From Candidatus Bathyarchaeia archaeon (GTDB taxonomy: Archaea > Thermoproteota > Bathyarchaeia > Bathyarchaeales > Bathycorpusculaceae): a stretch of 25,798 nucleotides of DNA. Each line of letters opens with the position of its first letter. Position 1 is the first letter of the stretch. The notes below the pieces were generated by a model. It had not been told where the DNA came from. It ran no database searches and was given only the letters and a program-made list of their open reading frames with translations. Position numbers and translations under genes: made by a program. Below, piece by piece: positions 1 through 9,000 of this stretch. Location of the stretch: positions 1-25,798 of the forward strand of contig JAVZLK010000022.1 in the NCBI GenBank assembly GCA_038883795.1. Reading direction: 5' to 3'.

Positions 1-30
1 GCATACATGCCCCGGAAAGAATGTAGCCTT

Positions 31-705
31 TTAGGGTGCTTCTTGGATTATTGCTTTTGCTGTGCTTGTTCCTATGCGGTTGGCTCCAGCCTCTATCATG
101 GCTAGTGCATCAGCATAGGATCTGATGCCGCCCGCAGCCTTCACGCCCATGTCTTTCCCAACAATTTGACGCATGAGCCTAACATCTTCCACTGTGGCGC
201 CTCCGCCAAACAAGCCAGTTGAGGTCTTAACAAAGTCTGCCCCAGCCTCCTTAACTAACTTGCAAGCGGCTATCTTTTCCTCGGTAGTTAACAGCGGCGT
301 TTCAATAATCACTTTAACAATTACGTCTTGAAACAAGCGTTTAACGTCGACAACAGCCCTTATATCCCGCCTAACAAGCTCATAGTCTCCAGATTTCAAC
401 GCATCCAAATTAACAACCATGTCTAGCTCGCTTGCTCCGTCTTCGATGGCTTTTATGGCTTCTAGCGCTTTAACTTCTGGGAGGGTAACACCGAAGGGGA
501 AGCCTACCGTGGAGCAAACCTTAACATTTGTGCCTTTAAGGAGTGATGCAGCCAATTTCACATATGTAGGGTTTACAACAACACAACAAAACCCATACTG
601 AGCCGCATCACGACACAAATTTTCAACTTCACTCTTTGTGGCCGCAGCCTTAACAAGCGTAGAATCAATAATTTTTGCAAGCTGCTCCCGCGAAATACCC
701 AACAA
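31..705 (-). CDS. deoC: deoxyribose-phosphate aldolase (class I)
   Basis: 224-aa ORF with DeoC motifs IDSTLVK, VGFPFG, ELDMVVN, KVIIET, DFVKTSTG (Schiff-base Lys), VKAAGGIR and RIGTS; TTG start preceded by GGTAGG. Confidence 0.96.
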   Translation of the reverse strand: MLGISREQLAKIIDSTLVKAAATKSEVENLCRDAAQYGFCCVVVNPTYVKLAASLLKGTNVKVCSTVGFPFGVTLPEVKALEAIKAIEDGASELDMVVNLDALKSGDYELVRRDIRAVVDVKRLFQDVIVKVIIETPLLTTEEKIAACKLVKEAGADFVKTSTGLFGGGATVEDVRLMRQIVGKDMGVKAAGGIRSYADALAMIEAGANRIGTSTAKAIIQEAP

Positions 706-757
706 CCTACACCTTAACCTTCAAAGAAACATCCACGCATTTATTGATTTCTAAAAG

Positions 758-779
758 TGGCGGGTCTGGGATTTAAACC
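758..779 (-). other. tRNA 3'-end-like fragment (T-loop, 3' T-stem strand, 3' acceptor strand, discriminator); candidate att scar
   Basis: Minus strand reads GG-TTTAAAT-CCCAG-ACCCGCC-A, the layout of a tRNA 3' end with one C>T change in the T-loop. The 5' T-stem strand is mostly missing and no D or anticodon arm is present, so it is not a full tRNA. Confidence 0.55.
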
Positions 780-1272
780 AAAAAGGGTTCAAGTCCTTTA
801 TTAAGAACAACTCTTGTGCTGATTTTCTTAGAGGTTAAACCCGCATAAGCTGCAGAACTTGTGTTCCAACCGTGCTTTGTTTCGTCATTGCGGCCAAACT
901 TTTGTTTCGCTTTCAATTTATTTCTAATTCTAAAAGTTTTGGTGTGCAAATTTCTTGTATCGGAGAAGCGGCAGACACCTAATTGCAATTTTTAGTCGGT
1001 GTCGAGCTTATTCTGGTTTGTACATGATAGTATATAATTCTCTAAGTTTATCGGCGATCCAGGGATCCTCCTCGTATCTTCATAGCCTCTATTGAGAATT
1101 TTTCTTCTTTCTCCCATAGGTCTTCTTTTGTCAGCTTTTCAGCTTTCTCCATATATATTGTGTTGTAAACTTTCCATATTGGTGTTAATTGCTTTATATT
1201 GTGAGTTCATTATAGCTTCCAAGTAAAAAATTTTATATCCAAAATTAATTTAAACGGTAATTTGGTGGTGGG

Positions 1273-1416
1273 TTGAGCCCTTTTTGCAAAGCCTTATTGG
1301 TTACTTTTATGCTGCTTTTTACACTTAATTGGATGAATATAGCACTTATGAACGCATTTTTCAGTAACAACATGATTTTCTCGGATTCAGATGCTAAGAA
1401 TGGGGCAATTTACTAG
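1273..1416 (+). CDS. putative 47-aa small membrane protein
   Basis: Not in ORF track. TTG start after GGTGGTGG; translates MSPFCKALLVTFMLLFTLNWMNIALMNAFFSNNMIFSDSDAKNGAIY with one hydrophobic stretch. Confidence 0.4.
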   Translation: MSPFCKALLVTFMLLFTLNWMNIALMNAFFSNNMIFSDSDAKNGAIY

Positions 1417-1662
1417 TGTTAGTGTAGCTTTGTCGGGGAGAATGCTAGTTATTTATACGCTAATTTATAACCGGTTTTGGTCTATTAACGCTAAAAGCAT
1501 GGTCGTGGTATACATCCATCGCCATGAACATCTAACACAATAATCATACATTAGAATCATTAATAATAGTATACCTACTAATCCGCAGATCAGCATTCCA
1601 AATATCGTAATATATTTCTGTTAGCTCGTGCTAATAGAAATAGACTTAACTGTTGATTTTGG

Positions 1663-1929
1663 CTATTTGCAATTATTGCCCATTTTGTCCTTTAGTTTTA
1701 AAGCTGCTTGTCTGATCTTACCTTGAAGATTAGACCCGGTGGATGGCTGATAAAATGGAGTTATTTCAGGGATTGCCCTTTTGGAGAGTACAGGCTCAAA
1801 ATTATATGCGTATGAAATGCAAAAGAAGACTAGACACATGGACAGTAAAAGGAAACATAGCGACAAAGTCATAGCCGAAAATATCATACTCCTTGATATC
1901 TTAAAGAAAGTAAGAAACAAATAAACCAT
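1663..1929 (-). CDS. hypothetical membrane protein
   Basis: 88-aa ORF with a strong hydrophobic segment (IFSAMTLSLCFLLLSMCLVFFCISYAY) and a basic tail; no family recognised. Confidence 0.45.
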   Translation of the reverse strand: MVYLFLTFFKISRSMIFSAMTLSLCFLLLSMCLVFFCISYAYNFEPVLSKRAIPEITPFYQPSTGSNLQGKIRQAALKLKDKMGNNCK

Positions 1930-1963
1930 ATAAATTATAAATTTGTGTGTGTAGTGATGGGAA

Positions 1964-2201
1964 TTGCCTACTATTCTGTGTAGAAAGGATGGCTTGTGGA
2001 AAAAGAAGCTTGAAGAGTTTCTGAAAATGGATCCTATAGAACATGTTACGTTGTTGGCGATTGGAGAGGTTAAGGTGGATGGTTTAAGATATTTGAATAG
2101 TCGGAACGACTTACATATATTAAAGCTTGAGACGCGTTATTTGAAGCAGCGCAGGAAAGGTTTGGGTTCTTAAGGTTCAAGTTATTAAAAAATTGGCGTA
2201 A
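1964..2201 (+). pseudogene. divergent Alba-like DNA/RNA-binding protein with a +1 frame break near the 3' end
   Basis: VTLLAIGE resembles the Alba V.I.A.G strand. The ORF stops at 2173, but the +1 frame continues LKVQVIKKLA to TAA 2199-2201, supplying a terminal strand like that of Alba. GTGATGGG SD-like motif upstream. Confidence 0.5.
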
Positions 2202-2287
2202 TTTTTGTTTGGCTCGTTTTCCGCAAATTTTAATAGCTTTTGTTTGGCTAAAATATTTTTACCTTTTAGTTGTTGAACGGGTTTAGT

Positions 2288-2549
2288 ATGGGTCGTCGAA
2301 GGAGGGGGTAAGATTCAGATTCTGATGGATATTCTAAGTCTATGTTTGAGGGATGCGAAGGTTACCCAGATTATGTATAAGGCTAATTTGAGTTATTCTA
2401 CTATGCGGAGGTATTTGAATGTGGCTTTAAAGCAAGGGCTTATTGTTAGATTGAGGGATGCTGATGGCGGATTTTCTTATCGTATAAGTGATATGGGTAA
2501 AGTTTTGCTTGACACGCTTAGAGATGTTAAGCATGCATTAAGCGGCTAG
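2288..2549 (+). pseudogene. archaeal winged helix-turn-helix regulator (HTH_45-like) with a +1 frame break near the 5' end
   Basis: ATG 2288 gives MGRRRRG then TAA 2309-2311 after a G5 run (2304-2308). The +1 frame gives KIQILMDILSL...TQIMYKANLSY...YL...GL...Y.I...GK, restoring the typical R..l.I..DIL N-terminus seen in the paralogue at 3646. Confidence 0.8.
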
Positions 2550-2917
2550 GTTTCAGGCTCTAGGTTGCATATGGCTATTTCCTTTAGTTTTCCTCGAAAC
2601 CTTACATTAAGTTCAACGTCCTCTTTCGTATAGTTTCCTATGGATATGTCCTGAATTTTTATTTCTTGAGATTCTGGCAGTATTATTGTTCCGGTGGCAG
2701 GCTTAATGTCCTCAAATTTTTCATTTATTTGTGAAATCCATTTTGGAAGTTTAACTGTGCCGGATTTAGGGTTATAGTCTACAAGGTTGTGTTTACTTAA
2801 ATCCAACAGAATTTTATTTAGTCGTTGTGTGGGTATTTCGAAGCTTTTCGCCAACAGTTTTAGGGTGATGTTTTTTCGTTCTTCTATCAGTGATAGTATA
2901 TCGATCACACTTAGCAT
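2546..2917 (-). CDS. putative winged-helix protein with a C-terminal beta-rich domain
   Basis: The N-terminal 60 aa fit a wHTH (IDILSLI...ITLKLLAKSFEIPTQRLNKILLDLSKHNLVDY..GTVKL); overlaps the convergent gene by 4 nt. Confidence 0.7.
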   Translation of the reverse strand: MLSVIDILSLIEERKNITLKLLAKSFEIPTQRLNKILLDLSKHNLVDYNPKSGTVKLPKWISQINEKFEDIKPATGTIILPESQEIKIQDISIGNYTKEDVELNVRFRGKLKEIAICNLEPET

Positions 2918-3068
2918 GTTTGTCTTATAAAGGGGTTTTGATATTTGAAGGTTTCAGAACTTTTTGTCTATGTTCTATTTCGTTTGTTTCTGGTTGATTT
3001 CGGTTAATGTTATGTAAGTTATATAAAATTGTTCTAGACGATTAAAATAGATTTTTCATACATACCCA

Positions 3069-3076
3069 TTTAAATA
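3069..3076 (+). promoter_or_regulatory. candidate archaeal TATA box
   Basis: TTTAAATA in the divergent intergenic region upstream of the 3085-3573 ORF. Confidence 0.4.
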
Positions 3077-3084
3077 CCGCGTTT

Positions 3085-3573
3085 TTGATTATCATGAAAA
3101 GGGAAGGAGGAGAAGGCGGGAGCATCCAGCAATCGCGTTATAAGCTTAACATCCGCCCCGGCCACGGGGGGATAATCATAGTGGATGGTACAGTTCCTAC
3201 GGAGTTTGTGGAAGAGGTTAAGAGGCAGTGGAAAAGGCTTTGGCGCGATAGAGTCGACGATAGGTTAAGGGCTGAAGGTATAGCGGATAAAGACTACCCA
3301 ATGCTTTTTGTTGGAAGAGGAACAATCATCTACGCCACTCGAAGGTTTAAAATGCCTACGTTAAAGGAAATTTTGGAATTACATGGAGTGGACAATGCTG
3401 AAAGGTTTATCCCCCCAAGCCCTCAGGTTGGCGGGTGGAGGAAATTCATAAAAACAACCATTTTAGCCAGCAACTCCGGGCGCAAGGCGAAAGGGGTTTC
3501 CATCTACCCCTTTGATAATCCTCAGAAACAGCAGTTGAAAAAGGGCGGAAGGGGCTGGCTCCACATAATATAG
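3085..3573 (+). CDS. basic hypothetical protein (true start uncertain: ATG 3094 or GTG 3181)
   Basis: 162-aa ORF, protein-like from EFVEEVKRQWKRLWRDRVDDRLRAEG onward, ending KKGGRGWLHII; a G-rich SD-like run lies upstream of GTG 3181. Confidence 0.75.
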   Translation: MIIMKREGGEGGSIQQSRYKLNIRPGHGGIIIVDGTVPTEFVEEVKRQWKRLWRDRVDDRLRAEGIADKDYPMLFVGRGTIIYATRRFKMPTLKEILELHGVDNAERFIPPSPQVGGWRKFIKTTILASNSGRKAKGVSIYPFDNPQKQQLKKGGRGWLHII

Positions 3574-3645
3574 AATCCTCTCCTCCCTTAATTACAAAAT
3601 AAGCCCTCTATTCTGCGGTTTTAAGCCCTTTATGTTGGTGATTTT

Positions 3646-4014
3646 ATGGGAAGCTATAGGGGCAGGTTAGACATTATAGCTGACGTGCTGAAGGCAGTCA
3701 GAGATGGTGCTAAAAAGACATGGATAATGTATAAGTCAAACCTAAGCTATGAACTTTTAACCAGGTACTTGGATGAGATTATGGCTGCTGAGCTTATGGT
3801 TTTTGAGGCCAAAACCCAAAGGTATATTATAACTTCGAAGGGCAGGGAGTTCTTAGCAAAGTATAAAGAGTATTCGAGGCATAGTAAACGCCTTGAAAGA
3901 CAACTTGAAGAGGTTAAGAATAGGAAAAGAACTTTGGAAGATATCTATCTAAATAAAAGTTTGGCAAATTTTCCATCAGAAAAGTCTGAAAAAAGCAACG
4001 GTGTTGAAAGTTGA
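3646..4014 (+). CDS. archaeal winged helix-turn-helix regulator (HTH_45-like) with a C-terminal coiled coil
   Basis: RGRLDIIADVL...KTWIMYKSNLSY..L.RYL..I....L....Y.IT.KG..FL pattern; GGTGA SD upstream. Confidence 0.9.
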   Translation: MGSYRGRLDIIADVLKAVRDGAKKTWIMYKSNLSYELLTRYLDEIMAAELMVFEAKTQRYIITSKGREFLAKYKEYSRHSKRLERQLEEVKNRKRTLEDIYLNKSLANFPSEKSEKSNGVES

Positions 4015-4517
4015 GGAATATTAAATCGCTCGTTCTGTTGGTAGTATTAGTATTGTCACTCCATCTTCTGCAAATTTGTGCGGCCGCTGAAAGGGACGAA
4101 GCCCAAACCGCCCTAAACCATGCTGAAAATGCCTTAGCTTCTGCTTATTTAGCGGTTTTTAATGCTGAAAAAGCAGGAGCAAACGTTTCAAGCCTCATTT
4201 CTAAATTGGATGTGGCGGCGGATTGGCTGGCGAGGGCCAACAACGCATTTAGGCTTGGCGACTATAATGAGGCTCGCGAATTTGCAAATATTTGTATTAA
4301 TAATGTTGAAGACTTAGCTGATGAGGCTGAAATTTTAATGTTGGTAGCTCAAAAGAGCCTAAGCGAGAAGCTTTTTTGGTCGGCTGCATACTCAAGCATA
4401 GGCATAAGCTTCCTTTTTGTTTTTAGCCTCTTTGGATGGAGATATCTTAAAAGATTTTACATTAAGAGAGTTTTGAAGATGAAGCCGGAGGTTATTAGCG
4501 AAGATGAGTTTGGATGA
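4011..4517 (+). CDS. membrane protein with signal peptide, helical ectodomain and C-terminal TM helix
   Basis: Hydrophobic N-terminus ending CAAA, Ala-rich helical body, TM segment followed by a basic tail; TTGA overlap with the upstream stop. Confidence 0.85.
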   Translation: MRNIKSLVLLVVLVLSLHLLQICAAAERDEAQTALNHAENALASAYLAVFNAEKAGANVSSLISKLDVAADWLARANNAFRLGDYNEAREFANICINNVEDLADEAEILMLVAQKSLSEKLFWSAAYSSIGISFLFVFSLFGWRYLKRFYIKRVLKMKPEVISEDEFG

Positions 4518-5103
4518 TCTTAAACTAGTCTTCGTATTCGGCTGTTTTATGCTTGGCCTAATTATTCTGTCGCCAACCCTAGCCATGATAATCAATTTGC
4601 CCGGCGGAGAGAGGTTCACCGAACTTTGGATTTTGGGCCCTGAGCACATGGCTGAAAATTACCCGTTCAACATAGTTAGCGGTCAAGTTTGCAATATTTC
4701 CTTAGGTATAGCTAACCATATGGGATGCTTGGAGTATTATGTGGTTTACGTTAAACTTAGAAACCAAAGCGAGCCCCTTCCAAACTCCACCCTTGGGACG
4801 CCCAGCAGTTTAGATCCGCTTTTCGAATATCGAGTTTTCCTAAGAAACGGCGAAATTTGGGAGAAAAATCCTTTACTTTTTTCCTTCGAGTTTTCATTTA
4901 GTGATGGTCTTTGCAATGTTTCAAGACTTATTTTGGATGGTTACCCATTAAACGTTAATAAAACTGTTTTTTGGGACGCTGAGAATAAGGGATATTACCT
5001 AATGCTTTTCTTTGAGCTTTGGATCTACAATTCTGGCGACTCAAGTTTTCAGTATCATAACCGGTTTGTGAGTTTGTGGCTTAACTTAACCTCCTCCGTT
5101 TAG
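4504..5103 (+). CDS. DUF1616-type membrane-anchored protein
   Basis: TM helix followed by ERFTELWILGP...NYP..I...LGIANH.G...YY and a terminal ..LW.N motif, as recalled for archaeal DUF1616 proteins. Confidence 0.8.
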   Translation: MSLDDLKLVFVFGCFMLGLIILSPTLAMIINLPGGERFTELWILGPEHMAENYPFNIVSGQVCNISLGIANHMGCLEYYVVYVKLRNQSEPLPNSTLGTPSSLDPLFEYRVFLRNGEIWEKNPLLFSFEFSFSDGLCNVSRLILDGYPLNVNKTVFWDAENKGYYLMLFFELWIYNSGDSSFQYHNRFVSLWLNLTSSV

Positions 5104-5222
5104 TTGTATGTGGAAAATTTTTGAAAAGTTCTATAGTTAAAATCCTTAACCGTTTATTAAAGACTTTTCTCAATTTTAAATTACCAAAACTTAGCCTTCA
5201 ATCATAAACGGTGTAGCTAGAA

Positions 5223-5921
5223 TTGTGGGAGAAAGGCGAAGGAAAATCTATACTTGCCATTGTTCCTGCTTTAAACGAGCAGGAGGGGATAGGGCCAACC
5301 ATAGCTGAGCTTAGACTCTATCTTGGGAAGCCTTGGATCCTCGTCGTTGACGGTTGGAGCTGGGATAAGACCGTGAGAATAGCCAAGGACATGGGCGCTG
5401 ATGTTGTGCTACAGCAAGGAAGCGGAAAAGGCAATGCCATTGCAGAAGCCTTAAAATATGCGAGGATCAGTATTGGCTTTTTAGACTATGTGGTTTTCAC
5501 GGATGCTGACTACACTTATCCGGCTGAATTTATTCCGAGGATGATTAGGATTTTAGATGAGAATCCTGATGTTGGGATGGTTTGCGGCAACCGGTTCAAC
5601 AGTCATTTCCAGTTAAAGTCTATGCGCAACATACTGTATTTGGGTAATAGGTTTTTGGCGTTTACCCATAACCTTTTGAACGGCGTTAACATGCGGGATC
5701 CACTTACGGGGCTTAGAGTTGTTCGGTGGGAAATAGTTAAGGACTGGCAGCCAAAGTCGAAGGGTTTTGATTTAGAGGTTGAGCTTAATCATCTTGTGGA
5801 GAGAAAAGGCTACCGCATAATTGAAATTCCAATTTATTATAGGCCCAGAGTTGGCGAGAAAAAGCTAAAGCCTAAACATGGATTCACAATTTTGAAAAGA
5901 ATATTTTTGGAAAGTTTTTAG
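5223..5921 (+). CDS. GT2 glycosyltransferase, polyprenol-phosphate glycosyltransferase (DPM/DPG-synthase)-like
   Basis: IVPALNE, VVDGWSWDKT, GKGNA, FTDADYTYP (DxD), MVCGNR, DPLTGLR, FDLEVEL, EIPIYYRPRVGEKKL. Confidence 0.92.
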   Translation: MWEKGEGKSILAIVPALNEQEGIGPTIAELRLYLGKPWILVVDGWSWDKTVRIAKDMGADVVLQQGSGKGNAIAEALKYARISIGFLDYVVFTDADYTYPAEFIPRMIRILDENPDVGMVCGNRFNSHFQLKSMRNILYLGNRFLAFTHNLLNGVNMRDPLTGLRVVRWEIVKDWQPKSKGFDLEVELNHLVERKGYRIIEIPIYYRPRVGEKKLKPKHGFTILKRIFLESF

Positions 5922-6040
5922 AAAAGTGATTTCAAGAGTTTGAGTTTAATGTAAATTTTAAATGTTTTTCTATATGACTTTTCCACAAGCCTTATAGCCT
6001 TTAGCTGTGTAAGTTGTGTCCTTCAAAGGGGAGAAGGGAG

Positions 6041-9000
6041 ATGAGGCGGAGTCTTCTTTCTATGGCAATTTTAACACTTTTGGTTTTGAATATTTTTGCA
6101 AGGCCTTTGATGATTCCGACGGCCTCCTCATTTGATGAGGCCACTATTTACATATTGGCGGATGGAAGTGTTGTACCTGATACGGCGCCTATACATCGTG
6201 AAGGCGACATCTACTATTTGACTGGTGACGTGTTTAGCCATGAAAAATATGGAATAATGATTGAAAAGAGCCACATGATTTTGGATGGCGATGGTCATAA
6301 AGTTTTTGGAAACTGGACTGGGACGGGCATTCAGCTCAATCACGTTGAGAACGTAACGGTAAAAAATGTACAGGTTGCCCAATTCTCTGTTGGAGTTATG
6401 TTTGAAAACTCAATGCTGAGCGGTATTATCAATTCAAGAATTGGGCCTAATGGTGCTTTTGGTATTTTAATTGATGATTCGTCTAATTCTAACTTTGTTA
6501 ATCAGAATGAAATGGTTGAGAACTCAAAAACTGGAGTTTTTCTGAGCGGCTCGGGTTATTCTAAGATTCAATATAATCATATTACTGGCGGCTGGTTTGG
6601 GATTCAGCTTCATTTTTCCAATGGTAATGATGTTTACAGGAACAGCATTACGGGAAGCGAAATCGATGGTTTACATATGTTATTGTCTTTTAACAACAAC
6701 ATAACTGAAAATAGTTTTACAAATAATTTTGTTGGCTTAACTCTTAACTATTCAGCCGCTAATACCGTAGCGGGAAATTACTTTTATGATAATTATAGAG
6801 GAATTAGCCTTCACACTTCCTCATATAACCTAATCTACCATAACAAATTTGAAAACAGCGTTAACGTTTATGATTATTCATGGAACAACCCATCCATCGA
6901 CCCGTCAATTAACATATGGGATGATGGATATCCATCCGGCGGCAATTATTGGAGCAATTATTCTGGCATGGACCTTTATCATGGGTCTTACCAGAACATG
7001 ACCGGCAGTGATGGTATAGGAGACACTCCATATGTCATAGACCCTAACAATGTTGATAGATACCCGCTTTTCACTATGCCCTGGACACATTTCTGGCCGA
7101 TGTATGTTAATGCACAGGTAGGAACAACTTTCAGCGTGGATATATACGCGTCTAATGTTTTTAATTTGTGGGCTTGGAAGCTTTATCTTCTATGGAACAA
7201 TGAAATCTTAGAATATGTAAACTGCACATTTGGCAACTTCTCAAACTTGGTTAACAATAATGTCATTCATTTTTCAGACTCTATAGACTCCTCCTGCATA
7301 GTATTTATGGAGTCGGCACTTTCGGCAAGTGCGAATCCGGTTTCAGCAAGTAATTTACGATTAATTACGGTGAATTTTAAGATTCTTAAAGCTGGATCTA
7401 GTTATTTATTGCTCATGTACCCTGAATTAAGGGGGCAAGATCAAAATAGTGAAGCAGCTTATCCAGGATGCGGTGACGCCAATGGTGACGGAGTAATTGA
7501 TACTTTCGATGTGTGGATAACATGGAGTTACGTTAAAAATGAAAGATATGCCTCAATTGTTGACTTTAATGGTGATATGAAAGTTGACCTTAGTGATATG
7601 GCGATAGTTACGAGCAATTACGGTAAATATTATGGTGGGCCCGGTTGGGGATTGACAAAAACCATTTACGAAATTCCAACATTAGGGCAACTATCATGGT
7701 GCAACGTTACGGGCACTCCGCCGGTAAGCGAGAAATATGATCTTTCGGTTACTGTGGTTAACTCTTTTAATGGCGCTGTGGGTGGCGCTCTTGTAACCGC
7801 TGGAAACGTTTCAGGTTATACAGATAGTTTTGGAAAGGTTATGCTTTCTTTGCCGCCGGGAACTTATGATGTTCATGCCACGCATCCAAGTTATAAGCCT
7901 ACAGTGTGGACTGTTGATTTAGATAGACCTAAAAGCATTACATTAACGTTGGAGTTACCCTACGATTTTGAGGAACTCCCCGACGAAAATATTATCGTTG
8001 AACCTGTTGACGGGGGCTATAATATTACATTGTTCAATATACTTGCAAGCTCGGCTGTTAATGTCTTTTTTGATTGGGATTACGTGGGAACAATTCAGGC
8101 GAACGAGTGGATGAGCTTTAATTACAGTCAAATGCCAACATTAGTTATAATAGCAACATGGAATGCTTCGGCAGATTATCCGAAAGCCTGGTTTAAGTAC
8201 CTCCTTCCGGTTGAGTTAAAGCCTACCACCGGAGAGGAAGGTGCCCTTCCTAAGGAGGATGTGCCATATGTTGCCGCGAGCATTTTTGTTAATCCATACC
8301 CGCCCATTTACGGCCAAAACACAACCATCGGTGTAGTTCTTCAAAACCCCTATGACCATTCGCTTCACATTAGCCGCATAGACTTTCAAATTTCTGGATT
8401 AACAATAGCTGGAGAATTTAAGAGCGTTGGCTACTTGTCCAATATAACTTTGCAGCCACACGAAGAGAACATTTTCACTATTGTTTGGCTTGCAAACGTG
8501 TCCGGACACCATTGTGTCAAGGTGGTTCTAACATATTCGCCCTACATACAGACAGCCCAGAGAAACATAGACATAGAAAACGACATGAACTCTGGAGATA
8601 TCGGCGAAATGACCTTTAACATTACAAACCCCTATGAGTCAGCGCGTTTAATCACAATCATCTTAGAAGAACATATCCCGCCAGGCTGGAATGTCGATTT
8701 AGAAATCAACGGTCGAAGATTAGTTACCTCACCGTTTGAAATAGTTGTACCCGGCGGTGGGGACCTGCAAGCCATGCTTAAAATAATTTCAAGCAGCAAT
8801 GAACCAGGCGCGGCTGTTGTCGATATTAAAGCGTATATTGGGGAAAAGCTTATCGGCGGCATTCGTAAAATCATGGTAAGCAAACCAGTAAGCGAAACAA
8901 GTGAAGTTTTAAGCTTTATTATCAGTCAAGGAAACAGCCTCTACAACATTCAGTTATGGGTTCCAAAATCCAGCTACGACCAAGCGTTAGAGTCAATAAA

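Noticed and set aside
419-601. 60-aa plus-strand ORF
   Set aside because: Antisense shadow of deoC.
740-830. Complete, split or permuted tRNA gene
   Set aside because: No D arm, anticodon arm or complementary 5' acceptor strand (GGCGGGT on the minus strand) nearby, and the T-stem is broken.
773-988. 71-aa minus-strand ORF with GW...Y (KHGWNTSSAAY) next to the att-like site, considered as an integrase C-terminal remnant
   Set aside because: The GW-to-Tyr spacing is shorter than I would expect for tyrosine recombinases and no HxxR motif is visible in this frame; unsupported.
4392-8883. Minus-strand ORFs 4392-4649, 6128-6382, 6905-7090 and 8632-8883
   Set aside because: Antisense to well-supported genes, with no recognisable motifs.
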